Notes: generated by a model not told the origin, from the letters alone. Positions 43,325 through 57,431 are shown, counted from the stretch's first letter. The stretch is 64,000 bases of DNA from Eledone cirrhosa (GCA_964016885.1 OZ024755.1:40486001-40550000); one strand, 5' to 3'. Made by a program: numbers and translations.

Positions 43325-43339
43325 CTGCCTATGTATGCC

Positions 43340-43374
<35 letters not shown>

Positions 43375-43936
43375 CTGTGTGTCTTTACCTATTTATGGTC
43401 GCCATTCAGCTTGAGAGATGTGATAGATTTTTCCTGGCAGAAATCTGCTGAAGATTAAAAGGAAGCTGACTTCTGTGAAATGTTCATGTGAAAAAACTAA
43501 CAGCAAGATGAGAAAACATTGCACCTTATTGGTGCGTACGGAATCTACTATTGACAGAGTATAGTAGATAAAGAATAATATATAGAATTAGACTTTATAA
43601 TGCTATGAATAGATACGATATGAATATACCTAGAGGCCATTCAGGTTTTGATAAGAAAAAAAAATTCAATAACATTAAATGCAGCAATAGATATCTTATT
43701 TAACCGCAAGAAATAATTATGACAAAATTAATTACTGTGTTAGATATCAAATCTTATCGTGTCTGATAACAAGGGCCACTTGGTTCGATTATATCTCTTT
43801 CTCTTATTTCATTAGATCAATGAAATTTATGGTAATGATGTATTGTGGGAGGGAAAAATGTATTTCATAAAATTCTACTTTTCACGCCATCAAATTGAAC
43901 TTGTTCTTCACTAAGTAAGACTTCCTCGTCACAGGA

Positions 43937-44380
43937 CTTCTTCTTCTTTTTCTTCTTCTTCTTCTTCTTCTTCTTCTTCTTCTTCTTCTTCTTCTTCTTT
44001 TTCTTCTTCTTCTTTTTCTTCTTCTTCTTCTTCTTCTTCTTCTTCTTCTTCTTCTTCTTCTTCTTCTTCTTCTTCTTCTTCTTCTTCTTCTTCTTCTTCA
44101 CCAACTTGTTCCTGGGAGTGTCATGGCAGCAGAGTTCTCAAACAGCCCCTTCCAGTAGGTCCTGTCAGAAGCAACCATCTCCAACTGATCCGGCTAGATC
44201 CCCAAGCAAGACCAGCCAAGCTCAAGAATGTTATTCAACCATCTTGCTCGGGGTTTTTGCCCCTGGGGATCCAACCAGTTGCTTTTTGCCTGTAAAATCT
44301 GTCCAGAGATTCTTTCCTGGGACATTCTAACCACATATCCATAGTATCAGAGCTGTGATCTCTCAATTCGGAGGAATAGC
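43937..44380 (-). mobile_element. 5'-truncated RTE-type LINE 3' end with (GAA)n tail
   Basis: Minus translation LRIERSQL*YYGYVVRMSQER...PRARWLNNI is typical of an RTE C-terminus. (CTT)n at 43937-44099. Confidence 0.75.
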
Positions 44381-45277
44381 GGTTCAACCTGGAGTGACTC
44401 TCTCATCTCCGAACTAGACACTCCATTAAAGACCCTTTAAGGAAAGTAGGGTTCTAACTGGAGTGACTCTCTCATCTCCGAGCTACACACTCTATTGAGT
44501 AACGTTACACCAAAGACCCTTTAAGGAAAGTAGGGTTCTAACTGGAGTGACTCTCTCATCTCCGAGCTACACACTCTATTGAGTAACGTTACACCAAAGA
44601 CCCTTTAAGGAAAGTAGGGTTCTAACTGGAGTGACTCTCTCATCTCCGAGCTACACACTCTATTGAGTAACGTTACACCAAAGACCCTTTAAGGAAAGTA
44701 GGGTTCTAACTGGAGTGACTCTCTCATCTCCGAGCTACACACTCCATTGAGTAACGTTACACCAAAGACCCTTTAGAAGAAGTAGGGTTCAACCTGGAGT
44801 GACTCTCTCATCTCCGAGCTACACACTCCATTGAGTAACGTTACACCAAAGACCCTTTAAGGGAAGTAGGGTTCTATCTGGAGTGACTCTCTCATCTCCG
44901 AGCTACACACTCCATTAAGTAACGTTACACCAAAGACCCTTTAGAAGAAGTAGGGTTCAACCTGGAGTGACTCTCTCATCTCCGAGCTACACACTCTATT
45001 GAGTAACGTTACACCAAAGACCCTTTAAGGGAAGTAGGGTTCTATCTGGAGTGACTCTCTCATCTCCGAGCTACACACTCCATTAAGTAACGTTACACCT
45101 AAGACCCTTTAAGGGAAGTAGGGTTCTATCTGGAGTGACTCTCTCATCTCCGAGCTACACACTCCATTGAGTAACGTTACACCAAAGACCCTTTAGAAGA
45201 AGTAGGGTTCAACCTGGAGTGACTTTCTCATCTCCGAGCTACACACTCCATTGAGTAACGTTACACCAAAGACCCTT
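44381..45277. repeat. 84-bp tandem repeat, about 10.5 copies
   Basis: ggaaagtagggttctaactggagtgactctctcatctccgagc recurs at 44441, 44525, 44609 and onward. Confidence 0.92.
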
Positions 45278-45317
45278 CGGTCACAGACCTTCTTTCCTTA
45301 CTTTACTAGATTTCTGG

Positions 45318-45533
45318 GTGGCAGATTGGGAGTATCGGTAGAGCGTTGGACAACGTTTTGCGATATATAGTTACGGCCCTTTACGTTCTGAGTTCAAATC
45401 GCGTCGAGATTAGCTTTGCCTTTCATTCTCACGGATATTGACAATATAAAGTACCAGTAATGGACTGGGGTCAATTTAATCGACCTCCCCTTCTTTTCTC
45501 ATTGCTGGCCTTGTGCCGAAGGTAGGAACAATT
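45318..45533 (+). mobile_element. Diverged SINE (Meta-like family); partial copy at 45548-45675
   Basis: gagttcaaatc, ctttgcctttcat, aaagtaccag and gctggccttgtgcc motifs. Confidence 0.75.
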
Positions 45534-45786
45534 CTTTCTTTGTTTTATGAGTTCAAATTTGACCCTAGGTCAACTTTTCCTTTCATACATCCGGAGTGGA
45601 TAAAATAAAGTACCAGTGAAATTTAATCGACTTTTCCCTCCCACAACTTACAGACCTTCTGCTAAAAGTAGAAATCCTTATTTAGTCAATAGAGAGAGGA
45701 ACAAAAATAAAATTGTTAAATTATTTGAAACTGTTTCCATGTGAATAGATTTTCTTTCTTGAATCTTTATTCAATTACCTACAGAT

Positions 45787-45858
<72 letters not shown>

Positions 45859-46608
45859 TGTATGTCTGTGTATGTGTATGTCTGTGTGTGTCTGTGTGTG
45901 TATGTGTGTGTATGTGTGTGTGTATGTGTATGTCTGTGCCGGTCTGTGTATGTGTATGTCTGTCTGTGTGTGTGTGTATGACTCTGTGTATGTATATGTC
46001 TGTGTCGGTGTGTGTGTGTATGTCTCTGTCTGTCTGTGTGTGTATGTGTGTGTATGTGTATGTCTTTGTGTGTCTGTGTGTGTCTGTCTGTGTGTGTCTC
46101 TGTGTGCCTATGTGTGTATGTGTGTGTCTCTCTGTGTGTCTCTCTGTGTGTGTATGTGTCTGTGTGAGTATCTCTGTGTGCGTCGCTGTGTGTCTCTGTC
46201 TGTGTCTATGTCTGTCTGTCTATGTGTGTCTGTGGTGGTGTTGGTGGTGGTTGTAGTAGTGTGGTGTTGATGATGAGGGACGTGATAATGGTGGTGGTGG
46301 CGGTGGTGTTAGTGGTGAGGTGGTGATGGTGGTGGGGGGTTGATAATGGTGGTGATGGTGATGATGATGATAGGAACAAGATTAAAATTCCCACAAGCCA
46401 CCTAATGATGTATATGTGGTAGGGGGTGGTGGAGGGGTGATGGAGGGGTGGAGGTGTAATTTTATAAAATAATTAGGAATATTTTGAAAAGCAATATTAG
46501 ATGTCATATAAAAGCACATGAGTATATATATATATATATGTATATATATATACAATATATATATGTATATATATATACATATATATATATACATGTATAT
46601 ATATATAC

Positions 46609-46639
<31 letters not shown>

Positions 46640-46654
46640 CATATATATAATATG

Positions 46655-46688
<34 letters not shown>

Positions 46689-47045
46689 CATATATATATA
46701 TATACATATATATAATATTTCTACCTGGAGTTGCGACCGATAGATAGTATTAGCATCTGGAAAGACCGACGAAAACATTGTTTCCTCGGTCCGATTTGAC
46801 GAAAGTCGATCGTTCCTATATATATAATATGTATATATATATATAATATATATATGTATATATATATATACATATATATAAATATATATATACATATATA
46901 TAATATGTATATATATATATATAATATAATATATATATGTATATATATATACATATATATACATATATATATATACATATATATACATATATATATATAC
47001 ATATATAATATGTATATATATATATATATATAATATATATATATG

Positions 47046-47077
<32 letters not shown>

Positions 47078-47222
47078 CATATATATACATATATATATAT
47101 ACATATATATATACATATATATAATATATATATATATATATAGGGAATATATACATATATACATATATATATATACATATATATAATATATATATATATA
47201 TAGGGAATATATACATATATAC

Positions 47223-47288
<66 letters not shown>

Positions 47289-47308
47289 ATATATATATAT
47301 ATGTGTAT

Positions 47309-47341
<33 letters not shown>

Positions 47342-47415
47342 GTGTAAATGAAGTAATTCCATCGGAAAAGTCCAGGAAAAAAGAGTGCTCTATGTAAGCA
47401 ACAGAGCTTAATTAT

Positions 47416-47673
47416 TATTATTATGTAATAAACAACATAAGGCAATTATTCCATTTACCAGTGGTTTCTTAAAAGCAAAAGGTTTTGCTTTCAATCCTCA
47501 GAATGAAAAATCCTGGTTTGTTTATTGAATATGGATTCTAAAAACCATTTTTTAGAATCCATATTCAATAAACAAACCAGGATTTTTCATTCTGAGGATT
47601 GAAAGCAAAACCTTTTGCTTTTAAGAAACCACTGGTAAATGGAATAATTGCCTTATGTTGTTTATTACATAAT

Positions 47674-47677
<4 letters not shown>
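47416..47677. mobile_element. Perfect palindrome of two H2 hammerhead-bearing ends (HHR 47449-47508 minus, 47585-47644 plus)
   Basis: Arms meet at ctaaaaa-cca-ttttttag (~47546). Nearly identical to 3271-3400. Confidence 0.88.
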
Positions 47678-47727
<50 letters not shown>

Positions 47728-49099
47728 CGAAGGAAATGTGGTAAGGAACCAGGTGGACCATAACGCACCAAAGTACTCAATACTTGAGGTAGTAGAGTGG
47801 GTAATAGGAACCAGTAAGACCCCGACAGCTGAGCTCAAGCCGTTTCGACGGCTAATTCTGGACTAAATGAAAATTTATCCTGGTATTTAAATAGCCGATC
47901 TTCTCAAGGGGAATTCCATATATGGTCAAAGTGATTGTCAAGAATCAGTAGTAATTCTGTGATTGCAAATTAGTAGGGGAGATGGTGGCTAAACCTGCCA
48001 GTAGGAGAAAGAGGGGAGGGGGTGGAGTAGACCCAATCAAGCGTTGGTAGTGCCAGCTACAGCTGGGCATGAGGTCAAAGAAGATACTGGGGAGGGGGAG
48101 GGGCAGGAAGTCGGAACGGTAGGTAGAACAATGGGGGGTAAAAATATATATGAAAGAAAAAATACTGAGAGTGAAGAAAAGCGAATAAGTGTAAAGAAAA
48201 AAAAAAAAAAAAGAAAAAAAAGTAAAGCAAGTTCTACGACCTAGGTCTCTAGTTATTGTTAGGCTAGAATAAATAAATAAAGAAAGAAAGAAAGAAGTAA
48301 AGAAATAAATAAAGAAATAACGAAATAAGTAAAAGAACTAGGTGGGACGGAATAGGCAAGGACCCTTTTAAGAGGTATAAGTACGTAAATGATACGGTGA
48401 CGGGTCAACAAAAGGGGCCAAAATACTAAAGAGACTACCACGAAATAAATAATAAAGGTTTCTATCCCGGGTACAATGCCAGCAACCACCCAGTGCAGCA
48501 AAGTGAACTAGTACGAGATAATAATTCTGAGTCCCGAAAAAAATATATACTAATGCTAACTCTAAAAGATCTAAAACAAGCTACATGAAAGTTCGTACGA
48601 AGTAAAGGTAGAATACGGAAAAATAAATTCAGAATCCACCCCGCCCAAAAGAAAAGCGAAGAAAGAAATACTGAAACGAAAAAATAAGGCATAAGTGCCA
48701 CTAAGAAATATAGAAGGCACGGAGAATAGTGGGAGCGGTCGGAAAAAGGGGGCAAGTATCCGGGGTCTAAACCAACTGCTATAAAAGGCGGAGTCCGCCA
48801 AATCTATCATAGACTAGGGGAGGGGGTGGGGATACTAAGGCTACAAAGGGCCAAAGGGCAGCCTCGGGTGGGCGAGAAAAGACGCCGACAAAGGAGAAGA
48901 GCTGGGGTAGAAGGACTAAGGAGAGATGGGGGGAAGGAAATAAAGGAAGCGATAAAAGAATAAAAAGAAGATCTTACGTCTCCCTTGGCAAGCAGGGGTT
49001 ACCCATTGCAAAATCGGCAAGTGGGGTGTTATAGCCCTAGTCTACCCCCCCCCCCCCCCCCCCCGGGTCATTATGGGGTTTGAGGGCGAGGTAAGTCCT

Positions 49100-51174
49100 A
49101 CGCAATCTATGTTTACATGCAGTAACCAGTTCATCGTTCTTGTTTAGGAGTTAGTCCGTCGAAAACAGCATTTGTAAAGTTTCCTCCGAGCATAAATTGC
49201 ACGGACGGCGTCCTCCCGTGTAAGAATTGGCTCTGGACAGTAATCTCCAAGTGAGATCATAGGTGATGTTGTTGTCCTTGAGGTCCCATATGTGGCCCGA
49301 AAGTGTAGTGGCGTGACGCCGGGCCGGGTTTCGGAAGGTATGTCTATGTTGGTATAGCCGGGTCTTGAAGTCACATGCGGTAAGTCCTATATAGGCTTTG
49401 TTGGAGGTATCCGTCCTCACGTTGCACTGGTAGATCACATTACGGTCTCTGCATCTATTGTCGAGTGGGCAAATGGATCTATCCGGACAGTTACACCTCC
49501 TGGTTGGTTCTCCACTGCTATTTAGGTTATTTCTGCCATCGGGGTTGAGTTTTTTGTTGTTAGAGGAGACGATGTTTTGTGCGAAGTTTGGTGTAGTGCT
49601 GTAAGAGAGTTTGATGGTATTTTTGTTAATTATGTTGTGGTAGCGGTGTTGTAATGGGAAGTATTTTTCAATGAGCCTAAAGAATAGTTTCCCGATGGGA
49701 GTTGTCACCTCTGCGTTGTGGGGAGGATTGAACCATGTTACATTGCGTGAGCGGCGGTGTCTCCTGCTGGTTCCGCTAATGGGAGCTGGACAGTAGGATA
49801 TTTCCTCCCGGAAACCACTCCGCTTGAGGGCCTGGTTGTAATAAGGCGCATGTTCATCGAATATCCGCTCATTAGCTGACAAACGGGATATGCGGAGGGA
49901 GATGTTTTTGACCAGGTTGTTTGTGATGTTTCTAGGATGGTTTGATCGGCGGTGGATGTAGTGCAGATTGTCATTAGGTTTCCTGTATGGGTAGTACAGG
50001 TCGTTTTCGAGGTCGAGGGTCACGTCCAGGAAGTTTACTCGGGTCAGGGACGTTTGTAGGGTTATTTTAAATCCCCAGTCGCGGAAGAATCTGATTAATT
50101 GTTTCCGGACCCGATCTGTACTACATCACGGTACAATCCACCACCGAATGCAGGAAACATATCAGTGAGTTTGGCTATTAGGAATAATCCTATAAGATCT
50201 GTGACCTCCGCCGAATCCGTGGCGCCCATGCTGATGTCGAAGGGTGAGTCGGGAGCTCTTTTTATCCATTTAGAGTCGTCAAAGAGTAAGACTATCTTCC
50301 TGGCGTGGAGGATGATTTTTCTTTCCTGGTCGGTGATGGGCACAAGTGTTTCGGCGAAGTCCAAGGCGGCAGTAAGTAGTGGTAAGGTGATTGAAGCATA
50401 GTAGCTCTCTATGTCGAACTGTATGAATTTAGTGTCTCGTTTATCCTCCATATTGCTGAACCATGAGATTACTTCCTGGGTGTTGATCCATAGGCTAAGT
50501 CGGGCGTATTGCTTGACTTTTGGTATCACGCGGTCTAGGATTTTTTTGCTGATTCTCCCTATGTCGGACTTCGTTGGGTTAATAAGCCTGATAGAGGGTT
50601 TACGGTCAAAATCGGATTTATGGTCCTTCAGTGTGAAGTATGGTGTCCGTGGGTCTAGAGGTTCCGTGCGGTCGGCGACCCCGAGGCTGGAGGTAATTTG
50701 TTGTCCATCTCGATTTATGTCCTCGATGCAAGAGTGGTTGGCCTTTTTATAGGTGGAGTTTAGGCTGCTCCTGATCAGTGTGTGGTATCTGTCAGGGTTG
50801 ACAAAGTATAGGTTCCCAGTTTTATCCGAATGCACCATGATGTCATTTGTGTTATCATACTCTGTTAAGTTGCTACGGAGTTTTTGTAGGAATCGGTTGT
50901 GTCTGGGTTTAAATTTAATGTTCTTGACCAGTTGGAAGAGGTCATTCTCGAAGGGTGAGAGCAAGGGGTTCGGGGGCGGAGATTTGTAGGTAATAAATCC
51001 GAATCTCTCCTTGGTGCCGAAGTCTTGGTTGTCGCAATATCTGTCATAGAAAAAAGTTCTCCATCTAAGTCTTTTCGCAAATAGATCGATTTTTTGCGTG
51101 AGCATCCGAAGGTAAAGTTTTTTCGGTGGAATTGGGATGTTCTTGGTAGAGAAGTCAATGTTGTGTTTTCGCAT
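49100..51174 (-). pseudogene. PLE RT plus GIY-YIG endonuclease ORF, disrupted
   Basis: FSTKNIPIP..LRWR, DKTGN, TLKDHK, RLINPTKS, FDIESYY, MGATDSAE, LYRD, NFLDVT, WFNPP, CNC..CPL..C, VIYQC..YIGLT..FKTR..H and CNLC. A deletion/frameshift follows LYRD (~50125), and TAA at 49151 precedes the conserved LLNK..E....CKH. Confidence 0.92.
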
Positions 51175-51910
51175 GGTGCGGGTGAAATGAAATGAGCTCA
51201 GCGGAAAAGTCTGGATACGGCGTGGTAGGGTCGGAAAGTGCTCTACTACGGGAGTAGGAGCTAGATAACGAAGGAAATGTGGTAAGGAACCAGGTGGACC
51301 ATAACGCACCAAAGTACTCAATACTTGGGGTAGTAGAGTGGGTAATAGGAACCAGTAAGACCCCGACAGCTGAGCTCAAGCCGTTTCGACGGCTAATTCT
51401 GGACTAAATGAAAATTTATCCTGGTATTTAAATAGCCGATCTTCTCAAGGGGTAATTCCATATATGGTCAAAGTGATTGTCAAAAATCAGTAGTAATTCT
51501 GTGATTGCAAATTAGTAGGGGAGATGGTGGCTAAACCTGCCAGTAGGAGAAAGAGGGGGGGGTAGACCCAATCAAGCGTTGGTAGTGCCAGCTACAGCTG
51601 GGCATGAGGTCAAAGAAGATACTGGGGAGGGGGAGGGGGGGGGGGGAAGTCGGAACGGTAGGTAGAACAATGGGGGGTAAAAATATATATGAAAGAAAAA
51701 ATACTGAGAGTGAAGAAAAGCGAATAAGTGTAAAGAAAACAAAAAAAAAACATGCCCAGCTGTAGCTGGCACTACCAACGCTTGATTGGGTCTACTCCAC
51801 CCCCTCCCCTCTTTCTCCTACTGGCAGGTTTAGCCACCATCTCCCCTACTAATTTGCAATCACAGAATTACTACTGATTTTTGACAATCACTTTGACCAT
51901 ATATGGAATT

Positions 51911-52004
51911 ACCCCTTGAGAAGATCGGCTATTTAAATACCAGGATAAATTTTCATTTAGTCCAGAATTAGCCGTCGAAACGGCTTGAGCTCAGCTGTCG
52001 GGGT
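51911..52004 (+). ncRNA. Hammerhead ribozyme family H9 (U3-A8 core); element-sense copies at 51360-51453 (-) and 47819-47911 (-)
   Basis: acccc TTGAGAA ga(t)cggcta-[long loop]-tagccgtc GAAAC ggc-ttgagctca-gct GTC ggggt. Copies at 20.8 and 25.2 kb have gcc in place of gct in stem III. Confidence 0.8.
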
Positions 52005-52126
52005 CTTACTGGTTCCTATATATATATATATGTATATATATATATAATATATATATGTATATATATATTTATATATATAATATATATACGTATATATATA
52101 TATATTTATATATATAATATATATAC

Positions 52127-52216
<90 letters not shown>

Positions 52217-52413
52217 AAAATTATATAAATCAACAAAGAAGCCTTTAATACATTAAAAATCTTTATTCGCTGACAATGTTTCGTCCCAGTAATTAGGACT
52301 CTTCAGAGCAAGGAAAAGACAACAAATATCAACGGCTAGAACAAGCCAAAATTCAGAAGAATAGAGAAATAGAAGAATAGAAATTTAAATGTTACATTAT
52401 TAGATATAATATG

Positions 52414-52503
52414 ACTTTGCCTTTCATCCTTACGGGGTCGATAAAATAAAGTACCAGTAATGCACTGGGTAATTGCTGGCCTTGTGCCTAAAGTAGAAAC
52501 AAT
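52414..52503 (+). mobile_element. 5'-truncated SINE inserted in the Naiad-2 inverted arm
   Basis: TSD ttattagatataatatg. Absent from the homologous arm near 56045. Confidence 0.85.
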
Positions 52504-53700
52504 TATTAGATATAATATGTAGGTAATATAAAAACAGGATAAGGAGGCAAGGTCTAGGATGTTGCGACATATTTAGATTTCAGGTAACTAAGAAAGGGCA
52601 CTTAATTACTAATGGGTAAAAATTTATAATATTTATAACATACCCGATAGTATGTAAGGAAGGATATTTCGGAAAATTATCTAGGAAAGACGTGTCAAAC
52701 CTAATAGGGAACATTGGTACATAAAAACTATAGGGCAAGAGAGCAAGCAAGCATTAAAATAGCCACGTTAAAAGTACAATATATGTCCAATACTAGAAAT
52801 ACAACATAGTAATATAATCCGAGAAATAAGATATAAAAAATATAATATAATATACAATACAATGCAATATATAATACAGAAATAAAATTTAATATATATA
52901 TATACACACACACTCACACACATATATATACACACACATATACACATTTACACATACACATATTAACACAAATATATATATATATGCACTATAATAGAAT
53001 AATCACCCTGATGGTGTGATTAAACAATACTAAAAACAAAGAAATATTGACATTAAAAAACATAGATACTACCAACGTACCATGCAAAGTCAACATAACA
53101 TGTATAAAAACATAACGTATACCACAGGGTAAAAAATAATACCATAAAATAAAATAAAATATGGTAAAAAAAATATATATATATATATGGTAAAGAATAT
53201 ATAATAGACAATAAATAATGAAATATAACAGGTAAATATTTAAGTAATTAAGTGCCCTTGCTTAGTTACCTGAAATCTAAATATGTCGCAACATCCTAGA
53301 CCTTGCCTCCTTATCCTGTTTTTATATTACCTGCATATTACATCTAATAATGTAACATTTAAATTTCTATTCTTCTATTTCTCTATTCTTCTGAATTTTG
53401 GCTTGTTCTAGCCGTTGATATTTTTTGTCTTTTCCTTGCTCTGAAGAGTCCTATTTACTGGGAGGAAACATTGTCAGTGAATAAAGATTTTTAATGTATT
53501 AAAGGCTTCTTTGTTGATTTATATAATTTTTTCGGCTCTGTTTGATAACATTGAGCTATCTCTTGTACTGTCATTTCTCTAATGCGATGAGTGTGTTTGA
53601 CTCTAATGCACTCACGTGTTTTTATCTTATTTCGGCTCCCTATTGGTTGAGCTTTATTCTATATACTGTTTTTTTTTGGCCTTTATATACATCTGACAGT

Positions 53701-55320
53701 ATGCTAACAAAGAGCTACTTGCCTTTATCTCTGAAGAATATCCTCATCCCCTCTAGAAATACTTATGAAAAACTCCTGATTGCTAGCGTTAACTCTTTCG
53801 TAAAACGTATTAGATAGCGTGCATTCCATTTTGATAGTAATAGGAATACCCACCGTGATGAAAATCCATTTAATAACTTCGGCTTCAAAACTTATAAAAG
53901 TCCACCGCATAATATTCTACTAGATAATTTTGAGAACGATTTACTTTCCCTTGTCAGAAATATTAAATATAAGCGGCGTAATAAATATGGGAACTACAAT
54001 AAATTTAGCAGGTTCCAGTCTAAACTTAAGAATATTGTTAAGGATTTTAAAGGGAATGAGTCTATACTTGTCCCAGCTGACAAGACTAAGAATCTTTACT
54101 CTATGGATTATAATGCCTACCGTAATTTTATTTATAAGGAGTTACATAAAAATTACAAAAAAACAACGCAGGATAATTTAGATCAAATTAATATTGAGGG
54201 TCTTAAAATAGTTTCGAATCTGGGTCTGGATAAATACACCCAACCATATTACCCTAGAGAACCGAGATTCACCCTTAAGGATCACAAGGTAGACTTTTTA
54301 AGTAATCCTACTGTTAGACTTATCAGTCCTTCTAAGTCTGATATAGCAATAATTAGTAAAAAGAATTCTTGACCAGATTATTCCTACCGTTAGGGACAAG
54401 ATTCATTTTAATCTATGGGGGAATACTATGGATGTTATTAATTGGTTCTCTAATATTAATAAGCTTAAGTCTAGTAGATTTATCCAATTTGATATCGATG
54501 CCTATTGCACGTCGATTTCACCTATCCTCCTCAATAAGGCCTTAATTATGGCCATGCGAATGTCTAGTCTTATGCGACCCCAGATTGATGTTATACTAGC
54601 GGCCCGTAGGACTATCATCAAATTCGAGGATACTCTTTGGACGCGTATGAATACACCCAATAATTTTTGACGTTACCATGGGATCGAGTGATTCTGCACA
54701 GGTGACTGATCTTGTTGGGCTGTACCTCTTAAATGAGCTTTATGTTAGCTTTCCGCACCTTAAAGTGGACTTTATCGTGATGACGCATTATTTATGATAA
54801 ACTCTAGTACTAATAGTATTGAACATAATAGGAAGAAGTTATATAAGTTTTTTTTAAGTTTTAACCTTTCGATCACGATTGCTAGGAACGATAGAGCAGT
54901 TAATTTTTTAGACGTGACGTTAGACTTAGTTACTAATAATTATAAACCCTTCCACAAGCCCAATGAGACACTCTCTTACGTTAATCCTAATTCCAAACAC
55001 CCTAAATCTATGATTAGTTCTATTATTAACGGTGTGTCTTATAGGATCTCCACACTCTCTAAAGATGTAGGAACTTTTAACTCGCATGCTGAGTATTATA
55101 ATAATGCCCTAGCTAACTCTGGATACTCTGGTAGGCTACATTATAAGGATGACAAAGTAGAAACGACTCCGATTACCCATAGTAATGTGATATCCCACAA
55201 CATGGCCTTTAATGGGTGTAGGAAATATAGGAGTTATAGAAATTTTATAGATAAATCCAAACCGCACCCTACGAATACCAACCGCAATAGTAATTATAGT
55301 AGTGTATCTAATGGTACACA
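53701..55320 (+). pseudogene. Naiad-like RT pseudo-ORF lacking the GIY-YIG domain
   Basis: LSLKNI.IP, FGFKTYKSPP, DKT, FTLKDHK, FDID, MGSSDSA, LYRDD (54770-54784), NFLDVT and SGY, with several frameshifts. No WFNPP or YIG motif downstream. Confidence 0.88.
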
Positions 55321-56139
55321 AATATTTACCTGTTATATTTCATTATTTATTGTCTATTATATATTCTTTACCATATATATTTCTTTTTTTACCATACTTT
55401 ATTTTATTTTATGGTATTATTTTTTTACCCTGTGGTATACGTTATGTTTTTATACATGTTATGTTGACTTTGCATGGTACGTTGGTAGTATCTATGTTTT
55501 TTAATGTCAATATTTCTTTGTTTTTAGTATTGTTTAATCACACCATCAGGGTGATTATTCTATTATAGTGCATATATATATATATTTGTGTTAATATGTG
55601 TATGTGTAAATGTGTATATGTGTGTGTATATATATGTGTGTGAGTGTGTGTGTATATATATATATTAAATTTTATTTCTGTATTATATATTGCATTGTAT
55701 TGTATATTATATTATATTTTTTATATCTTATTTCTCGGATTATATTACTATGTTGTATTTCTAGTATTGGACATATATTGTACTTTTAACGTGGCTATTT
55801 TAATGCTTGCTTGCTCTCTTGCCCTATAGTTTTTATGTACCAATGTTCCCTATTAGGTTTGACACGTCTTTCCTAGATAATTTTCCGAAATATCCTTCCT
55901 TACATACTATCGGGTATGTTATAAATATTATAAATTTTTACCCATTAGTAATTAAGTGCCCTTTCTTAGTTACCTGAAATCTAAATATGTCGCAACATCC
56001 TAGACCTTGCCTCCTTATCCTGTTTTTATATTACCTACATATTATATCTAATAATGTAACATTTAAATTTCTATTCTTCTATTTCTCTATTCTTCTGAAT
56101 TTTGGCTTGTTCTAGCCGTTGATATTTGTTGTCTTTTCC

Positions 56140-56184
56140 TTGCTCTGAAGAGTCCTAATTACTGGGACGAAACATTGTCAGCGA
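56140..56184 (+). ncRNA. Hammerhead ribozyme family H14; also 53436-53480 (+, mutated) and 52267-52311 (-)
   Basis: ttgct CTGAAGA gtcct-aattact-gggac GAAAC att GTC agcga. Lies in the pLTR, in ORF sense. Confidence 0.9.
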
Positions 56185-56329
56185 ATAAAGATTTTTAATG
56201 TATTAAAGGCTTCTTTGTTAATTTATATAATTTTTTCGGCTCTGTTTGATAACATTGAGCTATCTCTTGTACTGTCATTTCTCTAATGCGATGAGTCTGT
56301 TTGACTCTAATGCACTCACGTGTTTTTAT

Positions 56330-56386
<57 letters not shown>

Positions 56387-56389
<3 letters not shown>

Positions 56390-56577
56390 ACGAAGGAAAT
56401 GTGGTAAGGAAACAGGTGGACCATAACGCACCAAAGTACTCAATACTTGAGGTAGTAGAGTGGGTAATAGGAACCAGTAAGACCCCGACAGCTGAGCTCA
56501 AGCCGTTTCGACGGCTAATTCTGAATTAGCCGTCGAAACGGCTTGAGCTCAGCTGTCGGGATCTTACTGGTTCCTAT
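56387..56577 (-). mobile_element. Palindromic truncated Naiad-1 pLTR end
   Basis: Matches 47726-47860. Inversion at ~56521, inside H9 stem II. Confidence 0.88.
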
Positions 56578-56653
56578 TATATATATATATAATATATATA
56601 TGTATAAATATATATATAATATGTATAATATATATATGTATATGTATAATATA

Positions 56654-56754
<101 letters not shown>

Positions 56755-56783
56755 TATATATGTATATATATATATATTATATA

Positions 56784-56850
<67 letters not shown>

Positions 56851-56881
56851 GTATATATATATATGTATATATATATGTATA

Positions 56882-56975
<94 letters not shown>

Positions 56976-57085
56976 TATACATACGTATATATATATATAT
57001 ATGTACATATATATATATATATATATGTATATACATATGTATATATGTATGTATATATATATGTATATACATATATCTATATATG

Positions 57086-57234
<149 letters not shown>

Positions 57235-57257
57235 GTATATACATATATGTATATATG

Positions 57258-57294
<37 letters not shown>

Positions 57295-57297
57295 GTA

Positions 57298-57360
<63 letters not shown>

Positions 57361-57373
57361 GTATATACATATA

Positions 57374-57431
<58 letters not shown>

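Larger units (their letters stand above)
47726..52017 (-). mobile_element. Near full-length Naiad-like Penelope element (Naiad-1) with pseudo-LTRs and an inverted 5' pLTR
   Basis: Direct repeats 47726-48215 and 51266-51750, inverted copy 51751-52017, RT plus GIY-YIG ORF between them. Both ends lie in (TA)n. Confidence 0.92.
52215..56333 (+). mobile_element. Second Naiad-like element (Naiad-2): inverted 3' part, pLTR, decayed RT, 3' region and pLTR
   Basis: Direct repeats 53243-53628 and 55948-56333. 52215-53241 is the inverse of 55320-56235. Flanked by (TA)n. Confidence 0.88.

Noticed and set aside
43444-43505. CTGAAGA...GAAA on the plus strand
   Set aside because: Stems I and II do not close convincingly.
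44381-45277. 84-bp array as CRISPR, tRNA array or retrozyme
   Set aside because: No unique spacers, no cloverleaf and no CUGANGA...GAAA core on either strand.
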